Numbered from the stretch's first letter, positions 7,189 through 17,251 are shown. The stretch: 64,000 nucleotides of DNA from Candidatus Woesearchaeota archaeon (GCA_018696595.1 JABHQW010000001.1:22428-86427); one strand, 5' to 3'. Program-made: numbers and translations. The notes: generated by a model not told the origin, from the sequence alone.

Positions 7189-9067
7189 ATTAAAAGAAAT
7201 TATTAAAGTACTACCACACAATAAAATATCAGATGCAGCTTATGAAGCAGCAAACATCGTACTTTACACTAAAGATAAAGATTACTTCTTAGACAATAAA
7301 GGAACAATCAGAGAAGCAGTTAAACAATTCAAAAAAAGAATTGAACTTAGACCAGACCCATCAATGTGTATGGAAATGGAAAAAGCAGAAAAACTAATCA
7401 AAACACTAATTCCAAAAGAAGCAGGAGCACAAAATTTCATTTTTGATGCACCAAGATCACAATTAATTATTCATGCTGATAAACCAGGCGTAGTTATTGG
7501 AAAACAAGGAGAAATTCTGAAAGGTATTAAAGAAAAAACAATGTGGGTACCATTAATTAAAAGAAACCCACCAATAAGATCAAAACTAATTGAAAGTATT
7601 CGTTCAGTATTATATGAAAACGCTGATTATAGAAAAAAGTTCTTAGATAAAACCGGTCATCGAGTTTATGATGGTTGGTTAAGAGAAAAAAAACACGAAT
7701 GGGTAAGATTAAGTTTCTTAGGAGCAGCAAGACAAGTAGGAAGAGCTTGCTTATTATTACAAACACCAGAATCAAGAATAATTATGGATTGTGGGATTGA
7801 TCCCAGTCAAGATGGACCAGAATCTTATCCTTACTTAGATGCACCAGAATTTAACATTGATGAAATTGATGCAGTTATTGTAACACATTCACATTTAGAC
7901 CATAGTGGTTTAATTCCTTACTTGTTTAAGTATGGATATAAGGGTCCCGTTTATTGTACCTTGCCAACAAGAGATGTAATGTCCTTATTACAGTTAGACA
8001 TGGTTAAGATTCAAAGAAATGAAGGTAAAGACCCAATTTACACTAGTGAAGAAGTTAGAGACATGGTTTTACATACAATCTGCTTAGAGTTTGATGCAGT
8101 TACAGATATCACACCGGATGTAAGGATTACTCTTTACAATGCGGGACACATCTTAGGAAGTTCATTGGTTCATTTGAATATTGGTAATGGTTTGCATAAC
8201 ATTGTTTTTACTGGCGATTTAAAGTATGGTCGAACAAACGTTCTAGAAGCAGCAAATACTCAATTTCCAAGAGTAGAAACTTTAATTATGGAATCCACTT
8301 ATGGTGGAAAAGATAACGTTATGAACGAACAAGAAGCTGATGCATATATGGTTGATGTTGTTAAGAAGACCTTTGAACGTGGTGGAAAAGTTTTAATGCC
8401 CGTTCTTGGAAGTGGAAGAGCACAAGAAGTAATGATTATTGTTGAAAGGTTAATGAGAGAAAAGAAAATCCCTCAGGTGCCCGTATATTTAGATGGAATG
8501 TTATGGGACATCACAGCAATCCATACAGCCTATCCGGAATTCTTAAACAGAAACATTAGGCAACAGATCTTTCATAAAGAAAATAATCCGTTCTTATCTG
8601 AAATATTTAAAAGAGTAGGATCTAAAAAAGAACGGGACCAGATTATTGCGGAAGAAGGTGCTTGCTTAATTCTAGCAACATCAGGAATGTTACAGGGCGG
8701 ACCATCTGTAGAATATTTAAAACATCTGGCAGAAGGTAAAAAACATAGTTTAGTATTTTCTTGTTATCAGCCACCTGGAAGTTTAGGACATCGTATTAGG
8801 GGTGGAGAAACCGAGATTATGATGAGAGAAAATGGTAAACAGCAAGTTCTTAGAATCAATATGGATGTGCACAAAGTTGAGATTACTAACCATTCAGATA
8901 GAAAGCAATTGATGAACTATGTTAAGAGATGTAACCCAACTCCAAGAAAAGTGATTTTAATGCATGGTGAGAGTTCTAGATGTCTAGACTTAGCTTCGTC
9001 TTTACATAAACAGATGAGAATTGAAACTAATGCACCTAAGAATTTAGAAGTTATTCGAATTAGGTAA
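7178..9067 (+). CDS. fttA: aCPSF1/FttA beta-CASP ribonuclease with KH domains (transcription termination factor)
   Basis: KPGVVIGKQG KH motif, THSHLDH metallo-beta-lactamase motif, AGHILGS; adjacent to psmB as is usual in archaea. Confidence 0.95.
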   Translation: MADILKEIIKVLPHNKISDAAYEAANIVLYTKDKDYFLDNKGTIREAVKQFKKRIELRPDPSMCMEMEKAEKLIKTLIPKEAGAQNFIFDAPRSQLIIHADKPGVVIGKQGEILKGIKEKTMWVPLIKRNPPIRSKLIESIRSVLYENADYRKKFLDKTGHRVYDGWLREKKHEWVRLSFLGAARQVGRACLLLQTPESRIIMDCGIDPSQDGPESYPYLDAPEFNIDEIDAVIVTHSHLDHSGLIPYLFKYGYKGPVYCTLPTRDVMSLLQLDMVKIQRNEGKDPIYTSEEVRDMVLHTICLEFDAVTDITPDVRITLYNAGHILGSSLVHLNIGNGLHNIVFTGDLKYGRTNVLEAANTQFPRVETLIMESTYGGKDNVMNEQEADAYMVDVVKKTFERGGKVLMPVLGSGRAQEVMIIVERLMREKKIPQVPVYLDGMLWDITAIHTAYPEFLNRNIRQQIFHKENNPFLSEIFKRVGSKKERDQIIAEEGACLILATSGMLQGGPSVEYLKHLAEGKKHSLVFSCYQPPGSLGHRIRGGETEIMMRENGKQQVLRINMDVHKVEITNHSDRKQLMNYVKRCNPTPRKVILMHGESSRCLDLASSLHKQMRIETNAPKNLEVIRIR

Positions 9068-9079
9068 GTGTTAGCAATC

Positions 9080-9192
9080 GCACTACCGCCAATGGAGGCG
9101 ATTTTCTGAATATGTTCTCAAGATTACTAATACATGAAGCAACGCGAAGTGCTTGAGAACTGAGGAAAATAATAAACGCCGTGCCGTAGTGC
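9080..9192 (+). ncRNA. Structured intergenic element, motif family A copy 2
   Basis: GCACTAC/GTAGTGC stem; CGCCAATGGA-GGCG..CGCC-GTGCC; inner ATTTTC/GAAAAT and GTTCTCAAG/CTTGAGAAC stems. Confidence 0.6.
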
Positions 9193-9253
9193 TATTTTTT
9201 CATTGAATTTTACCTAAACTTTTATAAACCGCTTTATTTCTTTATCTTTTATT

Positions 9254-9405
9254 GCCAGCGTCGCATAATCCGGTATTGCGCTGGTCTTGAAACCTTTGGT
9301 TTTGACCTAATACCAGATAACCAGTTCCTTTTGGAATTCCCGGTTCAAATATCCCCCAGGGAGACTACAAATCTTCCTGAAGATTTGAAAGTCCGGGCGC
9401 TGGCG
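9254..9405 (+). tRNA. tRNA-Ser(TGA) with two introns (37/38: 9292-9318; 59/60: 9350-9391)
   Basis: Acceptor GCCAGCG/CGCTGGC, G discriminator, long variable arm TTCCTTTTGGAA, CTGGT-CT-TGA-AA-ACCAG; 83 nt mature. Confidence 0.9.
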
Positions 9406-9431
9406 CTTTTATTCTTCACTCAATAGTGATA

Positions 9432-9453
9432 AAATAAACGAAAGGTTTATAAA
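9432..9453 (+). promoter_or_regulatory. BRE-TATA promoter of the Fic gene (probably leaderless transcript)
   Basis: AAATAAACGAAAGGTTTATAAA, ending 22 nt before ATG 9476. Confidence 0.65.
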
Positions 9454-9475
9454 GAGTTAAGTCAACAATAAGACT

Positions 9476-10483
9476 ATGTTTACACTACAACCCCAAATTG
9501 GTGAAGCTAGAAGAAAAAAAGAAGCAATTCTTAGGAACCCCGAATATTCTAGAAGCAAAAGAACTCAATTTACAAACATGCTCCAACTAGAATCTAATGT
9601 GAATTCTGCAATTATGGAAATTGCAAGTGGTAGTACTGAAATGGGTGTAACTAAATCTAGTACTGGCGATGTTGATTCTCCTCATGTATTAAAAAGAAAT
9701 GTGGAAGATATATGGAAGTGGTTATTAGAAGAAACAGAAGACAAGATATCAATAGACCAACCAAATATTATTGCTTTAGCAAAAAAATTTAGCCCAATGA
9801 ATACTAATTTCAATTATCGTCAAGACAGAGTACATATGAAAGGATTACAATATGCGCCACCTAACCCCTTAAAAGTACCAGAATTAATGGATAGTGTGGA
9901 ACACCACATCTCATGTCAAGACATTAATCCATTAGAAAGAGCTTTAATAGCACATTTCCATATAACTAGAATCCAACCTTTTAATGATGGTAATAAAAGA
10001 ACAGCAAGAATGGTACAAAATTTAATTTTACATAAAAATGATTATGTGCCAATTTTAATTAAAGAAGGAGAAAGAAGTTTTTATATAGACTTATTAGAAT
10101 CTGCAATGATAGCCTTTAAAGATCGGACTTCAAGTTTAGCCCCAGGATCAGAATCATGTTTTACTCCTGAATTATCTCAACAAGAAAGACAATTCTTTAG
10201 CTATTTGGTTGCCAAAGAAGTATCTGCATTAGATGATGTCAAAGATCATTTAGCGAAAAATAGAGAATATTTAGTTACAATGGGAAGACAAGAACCAGGA
10301 GTACTTTACGCAGGTAAAAAATTAATCAAAGGATTTTTCAGAAAAAGAGATTTAAATGGCAGAGTTAAACTAAATCAGCAAGAACGTTATTTAAAGATTT
10401 TCGGAGATATTAGCAGAGATCAAGTAGAAACAATATTAGATAGCAAACCGGGCCAATACGAACTAAAAACAATTACAGACTAA
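9476..10483 (+). CDS. Fic/Doc family protein with variant motif
   Basis: HFHITRIQPFNDGNKRTAR; upstream YRQDRV...PP flap region. Confidence 0.85.
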   Translation: MFTLQPQIGEARRKKEAILRNPEYSRSKRTQFTNMLQLESNVNSAIMEIASGSTEMGVTKSSTGDVDSPHVLKRNVEDIWKWLLEETEDKISIDQPNIIALAKKFSPMNTNFNYRQDRVHMKGLQYAPPNPLKVPELMDSVEHHISCQDINPLERALIAHFHITRIQPFNDGNKRTARMVQNLILHKNDYVPILIKEGERSFYIDLLESAMIAFKDRTSSLAPGSESCFTPELSQQERQFFSYLVAKEVSALDDVKDHLAKNREYLVTMGRQEPGVLYAGKKLIKGFFRKRDLNGRVKLNQQERYLKIFGDISRDQVETILDSKPGQYELKTITD

Positions 10484-10932
10484 AATCTTTTTTCTAACCT
10501 TAAAGAACCGTCAACAGAAACAAATCCATGTTTTTCAGTCCAATAAGTTTTAGCACCAGTATCTTTATCAGCAACTAAAGAAACACTTTCAAAACCAAAC
10601 TTTCTTGCAGTTTCCATTAGATCAGAAATAAAACCGGTTCCAATCCTCTGACCCGAATACTCTTCTTTAATATAAGCATTCTCAATCCCCAATCTTCCAG
10701 ATAAATCAATATTAACTAACATGCCCGGTAAAGAAGAATTTGAGTCAACTTCTTGATCTTCAAATAATAGATTCCCGGAATCATCATAAAGATTAACACC
10801 CACACAGATCTTACCATTATCACCTATTGAATGTGGAACAATCTCGGTTCTTGAAGAATCAACAGCAGGATGTTCAAAAGATTGCATTTGTTTAGCAAAC
10901 AAACCAACAACAGCAAGATTATAAGAAACCAT
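10480..10932 (-). CDS. GNAT family acetyltransferase
   Basis: YSGQRIGTGFI acetyl-CoA motif A; YWTEKHGF terminal motif. Confidence 0.7.
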   Translation of the reverse strand: MVSYNLAVVGLFAKQMQSFEHPAVDSSRTEIVPHSIGDNGKICVGVNLYDDSGNLLFEDQEVDSNSSLPGMLVNIDLSGRLGIENAYIKEEYSGQRIGTGFISDLMETARKFGFESVSLVADKDTGAKTYWTEKHGFVSVDGSLRLEKRF

Positions 10933-10957
10933 TTTAAATCATAAATTATCAGAAATT

Positions 10958-11272
10958 TTAAACATCAACCATCTCAATCTCAATATTAAGATTTTCAGGA
11001 ATTGGAACCCTCATCACCAAACGAAGAGTTCTTTCATCAGCAGAAATATCAATCAAACGTTTGTGGATACGCATTTCATAACGTTCCCAAGAAGCTTTTC
11101 CATCCCCGCAAGGACTTTTTCGAGAAGTAACTTTTAATTTTTTTGTAGGCAAAGGAATAGGGCCACGTAAATTTACGCCAGTCTTATTAGCTATTTCATT
11201 AATATCTCCACAGATCTGATTGATCTTATCAATATCGATACTTGCTAGTTTTATTCTTGCTCTTTGCGCCAT
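10958..11272 (-). CDS. rps10: 30S ribosomal protein S10
   Basis: GPIPLPTKKL...RKSPCGDG...EMRIHKRLID. Confidence 0.97.
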   Translation of the reverse strand: MAQRARIKLASIDIDKINQICGDINEIANKTGVNLRGPIPLPTKKLKVTSRKSPCGDGKASWERYEMRIHKRLIDISADERTLRLVMRVPIPENLNIEIEMVDV

Positions 11273-11396
11273 TGTTATTTATTTTTGACATGATAATTTT
11301 AAATCATCATGAGTTACTCATTTGGGACCCCGGTTCTTTATAAGTGTTTTGGTTTAACCTTCAAAAAATAAAAGAAGGTAAAAAAAATAAAAATTT

Positions 11397-12689
11397 TTAC
11401 ATCTCTTTCTTAACTAATTCCTGACACATACCAGCTGCTACAGTAACACCAGAATCCCGGATTGCGAATCTACTCATCTGAGGGATTTCAGAGTTTTTCT
11501 CAATAACTAGTGGTTGTACAGGTCTCAATCTTACGATTGCTGCATCGCCGTTTCTTAAGATGTCTTTATTCTCAGTAACCTCGTTACCAGTTGCAGGATC
11601 CATTTTCTTAATAATCTCTACAAATTGGCAAGCAATCTGTGCTGTGTGAATATGGAATACTGGAGTATAACCAACAGTTACAACACTAGGATGGCTCATG
11701 ATTACAATTTGTGCAGTGAATTCAGTTGCTACACTAGGAGGTGCATCAGCAGGGCCGATAACGTCTCCACGAGCGATGTCTTTCTTTCCGAATCCTCTAA
11801 CGTTAAATCCAATGTTATCACCAGGTCCAGCTTGCTGAACTTGTTCGTGATGCATTTCAATAGATTTACATTCGCCAGGAACTCCTTTACCTTCTCTTCC
11901 AGGAACTGCAATAATCTTGTCACCAATCTTCATAATACCAGTTTCAATTCTTCCAACAGGAACAACTCCGATACCAGTAATATTGTAAACATCCTGTAAA
12001 GGAAGTCTTAATGGTAAATCGGTTGGTTTTTGAGGAACCTCAAACTTATCAATTGCTTGTAATAAATTGTCTCCAGTCCACCAAGGCATTTTCTCAGTTT
12101 TCTTAGCAATATTATCTCCAGGTAAGGAAGCAATAGGTAAGAAAGCAATCTTATCAGGTGCCCATCCAGCTTGAGCTGCATGTTTTTTAACTTCTTCTAC
12201 AACAGCTTTGTATCTGTCTTCAGAATAATCTACACCAGAAATGTCCATCTTGTTAACAGCAACAATTAATTGGCCTACTCCAAAGATCTTGGATAATTTC
12301 AAATGTTCAATAGTTTGTGCATTAACACCATCGTTAGCTGCAACAACTAAAACAGCACAGTCAGCTTGAGCTGCACCAGTAATCATGTTTTTAATAAAGT
12401 CTCTGTGCCCAGGAGCGTCGATAACAGTAAAGTAATATTTGTCTGTATCGAATCTTTTGTGAGCCAAGTCGATTGTAACTCCTCTTTCCTGTTCTTCTTT
12501 TAAGTTATCCATAACGAAAGCAAACTCGAATCCTTTTTTACCAAGTTGTTCAGCTTTCTCTTTTAATTTTCTCATAGTTTGTTCGTCAATATTTCCTGCG
12601 TCGAACAATAATCTACCTACAGTTGTGGATTTACCGTGATCTACGTGACCGATAAATACCAAGTTAATATGTTCTTTTTCTTTTGCCAT
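11397..12689 (-). CDS. tuf: Translation elongation factor EF-1 alpha
   Basis: [28 protein letters not shown]. Confidence 0.98.
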   Translation of the reverse strand: MAKEKEHINLVFIGHVDHGKSTTVGRLLFDAGNIDEQTMRKLKEKAEQLGKKGFEFAFVMDNLKEEQERGVTIDLAHKRFDTDKYYFTVIDAPGHRDFIKNMITGAAQADCAVLVVAANDGVNAQTIEHLKLSKIFGVGQLIVAVNKMDISGVDYSEDRYKAVVEEVKKHAAQAGWAPDKIAFLPIASLPGDNIAKKTEKMPWWTGDNLLQAIDKFEVPQKPTDLPLRLPLQDVYNITGIGVVPVGRIETGIMKIGDKIIAVPGREGKGVPGECKSIEMHHEQVQQAGPGDNIGFNVRGFGKKDIARGDVIGPADAPPSVATEFTAQIVIMSHPSVVTVGYTPVFHIHTAQIACQFVEIIKKMDPATGNEVTENKDILRNGDAAIVRLRPVQPLVIEKNSEIPQMSRFAIRDSGVTVAAGMCQELVKKEM

Positions 12690-12867
12690 TTTATTCCTCC
12701 ATTTTTATACTATAATAAGTATAATTGTTTAAGTTTGTTTTTGGCGGGTTTATTTATAAAGGTTTCTGAAATTTTAGTTTAAAATCTCTGAAAAACTAAG
12801 AAAAATGTTATTTTTCTGTATAGTTTTGGTAAAAAGTAATAGAAACCGAGAGAGATAAAATGAATTT

Positions 12868-13695
12868 TTATTCTTCTTTCCCTATGTGTAACTGACTAAA
12901 ATAATCATAAGCCAGTTTACGGGCTTCATTCATCATTCTTCTAATTTTATCTTCTGGTAAAGGAATTAAGTCTTCTTCTGGAGTAATTTCCGCTTCGACA
13001 AAATGTGTTCCCCCGCTTGAATCAAAATAAACAGATCTTTCTCCATTTACAATATGTGCATTTTTTAGTCTTTCTTCAAGTTCTTCGCAAAAGAATTTAT
13101 TTAAGTCTGGTTTATCTCCTTGAATTCTTTGAGAATACTTCACTAATTGAGAAAAAAAGTCTAATCCTTTTTGGTAAGGATTATCAAGTATTAATTTCTT
13201 TTCCGACCCAATATAATTATCGGCTTTAAGTCGTGCCAATTCATCTATACTTTTTTCTTTAACATCCCTAACTAAACTCTCTAAATCACTTTCATCAGGA
13301 AACCGAGAACGAATTAATCCTAAAAAGATTTCTGCTAATTCATTGGAATCAGTCTCTCCATAAGATATTAATCCACCAATAAAAGTTAACATTCTCCCTT
13401 TGTTATCACTTCCAACTATTCCTTTCTGGATTCCACTTATAGTTGTATAACTTCCTTCATCTTTTTTCAATAAAAAGAGTGAACTTTCCAAACCCTCTGA
13501 TTCTGAACTAGGAACAGCCATGTATAAAAGGACAGATTCATCGTTTAATTGATACTGAAAAACAATTTCAGGACTAGAAACAATCTTAAAATAAGGTCCA
13601 AGACATCTTGCAGAATATTCTTTTGTAGTTTCATTAAATTGAAGTTTAAAATCTCTGTCTTCAACTTTCTCCCATTGGTAATCTTTATCAACCAT
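12868..13695 (-). CDS. Hypothetical protein between EF-2 and EF-1 alpha
   Basis: 275 aa ORF with its own TATA-like element; no recognised motif. Confidence 0.65.
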   Translation of the reverse strand: MVDKDYQWEKVEDRDFKLQFNETTKEYSARCLGPYFKIVSSPEIVFQYQLNDESVLLYMAVPSSESEGLESSLFLLKKDEGSYTTISGIQKGIVGSDNKGRMLTFIGGLISYGETDSNELAEIFLGLIRSRFPDESDLESLVRDVKEKSIDELARLKADNYIGSEKKLILDNPYQKGLDFFSQLVKYSQRIQGDKPDLNKFFCEELEERLKNAHIVNGERSVYFDSSGGTHFVEAEITPEEDLIPLPEDKIRRMMNEARKLAYDYFSQLHIGKEE

Positions 13696-13786
13696 TACGG
13701 TAAACTAAGAAGCAGGAATATATAAAAGTTATGATACAATCACTAAAGAGTTAAAAAATATAAAAAAGAAAAGAAAAAAAGAAAAT

Positions 13787-15985
13787 CTAAGCCCCCAAAT
13801 TACCAGCAGTTAAACCTTTCCTCTGTACAATCTGAGTCTGAATCTTATCCTGTAATTCTCTAGGTAACATCTCAAACGACTGATCAACCAATGAAGAATT
13901 TCCACGGCCACCAGTACCTGAACGAAGATCGTTACTCCAACCGAACAGTTCACCAACAGGCAACTTTGCAACAATTACAGTAATGTCTCCTTCTTGGTTC
14001 ATTTCCAATAATTGCCCTCTCTTAGAAGAAACCAATTTAGAAATTTCTCCAACATACTCGTCAGGAACTTCAATTCTAGTTACTTGTAATGGTTCGTACA
14101 ATAAAGGACCAGCTTGCATCATTGCTCCCCGGATACCTTCTCTTACAGCAGGATACATCTGAGCAGGACCACGATGAATAGCATCTTCGTGCAAAGTACA
14201 ATCCATTAATCGAACTTTAACTTTAATACATGGTTCTTTTGCTAAAGGACCAGCGTTCATTACATCTTCAAACATGTCAAGAAGTAATTCCATGATTTCA
14301 TTAATGTGTACAATACCACGAGTATTATCCATGAATAGATTACCATTACATTCTGCTCTAACACTTTGAGCAGTTTTTGTGTCCCAATCACATTCATCTC
14401 TTAAGAAAGATATTACTTCAGCATCTTTCTTTTTGAATCTTCCATGACCCATTTTATCAGCTTTAATTCCAGCAACAACATCATCTTCTAAAGGTTCAAC
14501 AATAAAGTAAAGTTTATTGTGTTTGTTAGGAGACTTTCCTTCAACTTGTGGACTGGTTTTAGTAATTGCTTCACGATAAACAACAATTGGAGGAGAAGTT
14601 TTAACTTCAACACCTTTCTCTTTAATGATTCGGTGTTCAATAACTTCCAAATGTAACTCTCCCATCCCGTGAAGTAAATGTTCCCCAGTTTCTTCGTTAA
14701 TCTCAACAACAATTGTAGGATCTTCTTTTTGTACTTGTCGAAGAACTTCAATTAATTTAGGTAAATCACTAGGTCTTTTTGCTTCAATTGCTTTAGTAAC
14801 AACAGGATCAAAGAGATGAGAAATCTTTTCAAAAGGTTCAGCTTTTCCGTCAGAAGTAACAGTTTCACCAGGCATACCGGCTCTTAAACCACCAACACCA
14901 ATAATGTTTCCAGCTGAAACATTATCAACAATTTCTTTCTTCGCTCCATTATAGATGTAAACTTGCTGAATTCTTCCAGCAGACTTAGCCATGTTTAACC
15001 AAACTTCTTCTCCTTTCTTCATTGTTCCACCAAAAAGTCTACCTGCAGCAATTTCTCCTGCTTGTGGATCAACAACAACTTTAGTAATTACAAAGAATAA
15101 TCTTCCTTTAGGATCACAATTCATCAGAGTTTTCCCGTCAGCAGATTCTAAGTCTCCTTGCCATAATTTTGGAATTCGATATTTTTGTGCCTGAACAGGA
15201 TTAGGATGATGTTCAACTGACATGTCTAAAACAACTTCGTGAATAGGTGCTTTTTTTGCCAAAGCTTTAACTTTTTCATCAACTTCATCACTAGTTCCTT
15301 CATAAGCATCAATAATTTCTTTAAAAGAAATTCCTTTCTTCTGCATGTAAGGTAAACTGATTCCCCAATTGTGGTAAGCAGAACCAAAACCAACTGTCCC
15401 TTTTTCAATACCAACTTGCCAAAGATCTTTATACTCATCAGGGGCCACGTTTCTAATAATTTTATTAACGTCAGCAATTTGTTTAATGAACCTTTGCTGC
15501 ATTTGTTCAGGAGTAAGTTTTAATTCTTTGATTAACCGATCAACTTTGTTAATAAACAAAACAGGTCTAACTCTTTCTTTCAAAGCTTGTCTAAGAACAG
15601 TTTCGGTCTGTGGCATTGCCCCTTCTGAAGCACAGATTAAAACTACTGCCCCGTCAACTGCTCGCATTGCCCTTGTTACGTCTCCACCAAAGTCTACGTG
15701 GCCAGGAGTATCAATTAAGTTAATTAAAAACTCTGTCTCACCTACGGTGTGAACCATAGATACGGAAGCGGAATCAATTGTAATTCCTCTTTCCTGTTCG
15801 TCCTCATGAAAGTCAAGCTTACAAGCTTTACCTGCATCTTCTTCACTCATCATACCTGCACCAGCAAGTAAGTTATCGGAAAATGTTGTCTTCCCGTGAT
15901 CGATGTGTGCGCAAATTGCGATATTTCTTATTTGGTCGGGTTTACTAGCTAACCTCATAACCATGTCAACCATTTTTTCTGCCAT
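13787..15985 (-). CDS. fusA: Translation elongation factor EF-2
   Basis: AHIDHGKTT, DTPGHVDF, NKVD; diphthamide-site loop HEDAIHRGPAQ. Confidence 0.98.
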   Translation of the reverse strand: MAEKMVDMVMRLASKPDQIRNIAICAHIDHGKTTFSDNLLAGAGMMSEEDAGKACKLDFHEDEQERGITIDSASVSMVHTVGETEFLINLIDTPGHVDFGGDVTRAMRAVDGAVVLICASEGAMPQTETVLRQALKERVRPVLFINKVDRLIKELKLTPEQMQQRFIKQIADVNKIIRNVAPDEYKDLWQVGIEKGTVGFGSAYHNWGISLPYMQKKGISFKEIIDAYEGTSDEVDEKVKALAKKAPIHEVVLDMSVEHHPNPVQAQKYRIPKLWQGDLESADGKTLMNCDPKGRLFFVITKVVVDPQAGEIAAGRLFGGTMKKGEEVWLNMAKSAGRIQQVYIYNGAKKEIVDNVSAGNIIGVGGLRAGMPGETVTSDGKAEPFEKISHLFDPVVTKAIEAKRPSDLPKLIEVLRQVQKEDPTIVVEINEETGEHLLHGMGELHLEVIEHRIIKEKGVEVKTSPPIVVYREAITKTSPQVEGKSPNKHNKLYFIVEPLEDDVVAGIKADKMGHGRFKKKDAEVISFLRDECDWDTKTAQSVRAECNGNLFMDNTRGIVHINEIMELLLDMFEDVMNAGPLAKEPCIKVKVRLMDCTLHEDAIHRGPAQMYPAVREGIRGAMMQAGPLLYEPLQVTRIEVPDEYVGEISKLVSSKRGQLLEMNQEGDITVIVAKLPVGELFGWSNDLRSGTGGRGNSSLVDQSFEMLPRELQDKIQTQIVQRKGLTAGNLGA

Positions 15986-16012
15986 TTTTATTTTACCTCG
16001 TTATAATTTATC

Positions 16013-16657
16013 TTAATTGTTATCAATTGCTGTGAAAACTTTTTCCATGATCTGGTCTTTATACTTGCCCATGTCTTCATTGATTGTTAATTCTCGTAAC
16101 AAACCTTTTTCTTTGTAATAATCGATCAAGGGAGCGGTTTGTTCCTCGTAAACTTTTAACCTTTCTTCAATTACTTCTGGAAGTTCATCAGATCTTTGAA
16201 TTAATTCCCCTTCACATTTATCACAAACCCCTTCCACTTGAGGAGGTAAGTTAACCATATGGAATGTTGCTGCACATTTCTTACAAGTTCTTCTTCCAGT
16301 AAGACGTTGCATGATGATTTCTTTATCTGCTTTGAAATTAATAGCCATATCAACCTCAACAAATTCTGCTAAAGCTTCTGCTTGCGGAATTGTTCTTGGA
16401 AAACCGTCCAAAACAAAACCTTTCTGGGTATCTTCTCTACTTAGACGCTCTTTCATCATTTCAATAGTGATTTCATCAGGAACTAAGTGGCCAGCATCAA
16501 TTAACTCTTTAGCTTTCTTTCCCAATTCAGTTTCATTTTTAATATTCTCTCTAAATAGATCCCCACTAGAGATTGTAATAATACCATACTTCTCGACAAT
16601 CAATTTAGCGTAAGTACCTTTGCCCACTCCTGGACTTCCTAAAGCAATAATTTTCAT
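16013..16657 (-). CDS. adk: Adenylate kinase (bacterial-type, Zn-LID)
   Basis: GSPGVGKGT, LDGFPRTIPQA, CKKC...CDKC LID. Confidence 0.95.
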   Translation of the reverse strand: MKIIALGSPGVGKGTYAKLIVEKYGIITISSGDLFRENIKNETELGKKAKELIDAGHLVPDEITIEMMKERLSREDTQKGFVLDGFPRTIPQAEALAEFVEVDMAINFKADKEIIMQRLTGRRTCKKCAATFHMVNLPPQVEGVCDKCEGELIQRSDELPEVIEERLKVYEEQTAPLIDYYKEKGLLRELTINEDMGKYKDQIMEKVFTAIDNN

Positions 16658-16669
16658 TTTTATAACACC

Positions 16670-17251
16670 TCAATATTTATGCATAACTTTCCAGCGGTTT
16701 GTTTCCCAACCAAAGATTTCTTCTGGTTTGAACCACAAAGCAACTTCATTATCAGCTTCTTCCTTATTTCCAGAAGCGTGTACTAAATTTCTTAACGGCC
16801 TTCCCAACTTATCAGCCATACCATAAGATTCAGTACTGAAATCTCCACGAATTGTTCCGATTGGTGCGCCTTTTGATTCTGCAGGGCCAACAATTTTTCT
16901 TCCAACTTCAATTGCATGGAAACCTTCCCAAATCATCGCCACAACTGGACCTTCAGTAAGATATTTCATGTTCCAATTCTTAACCCGAGTAGCAATTTCT
17001 TCATTAGTTTCTTTTACTTCTGCCCCCCTAGAAGCAGCAGCTTTACGAGTATTCTCTCCTAACTTCTCAATAAATGCAGGAGTTAAAACATAATGTTTGT
17101 CTGCAATTGCTTCAGTAGGAAAAACCATTTTCATTGCCACTAGTTTAAGTCCTCGCTGTTCAAATCTTTTAATAATTTCTCCAACTAGTCCTCTCTGAAC
17201 ACCGTCGTGTTTAACGGCGATAAAAGTTCTTTCAATTAAATCTTTAACCAT
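16670..17251 (-). CDS. ndk: Nucleoside diphosphate kinase with internal insertion
   Basis: ERTFIAVKHDGVQRGL, GTIRGDF, RNLVHAS. Confidence 0.93.
   Translation of the reverse strand: MVKDLIERTFIAVKHDGVQRGLVGEIIKRFEQRGLKLVAMKMVFPTEAIADKHYVLTPAFIEKLGENTRKAAASRGAEVKETNEEIATRVKNWNMKYLTEGPVVAMIWEGFHAIEVGRKIVGPAESKGAPIGTIRGDFSTESYGMADKLGRPLRNLVHASGNKEEADNEVALWFKPEEIFGWETNRWKVMHKY

Noticed and set aside
11625-11999. Antisense ORFs over EF-1A, EF-2, rpl10/12, dnaK, metK, rnhC and others in the ORF track
   Set aside because: They are shadow frames of well-supported genes, with no RBS or recognisable motifs.
14140-14200. Possible loss of the diphthamide site in EF-2
   Set aside because: The loop HEDAIHRGPAQ retains the target His.
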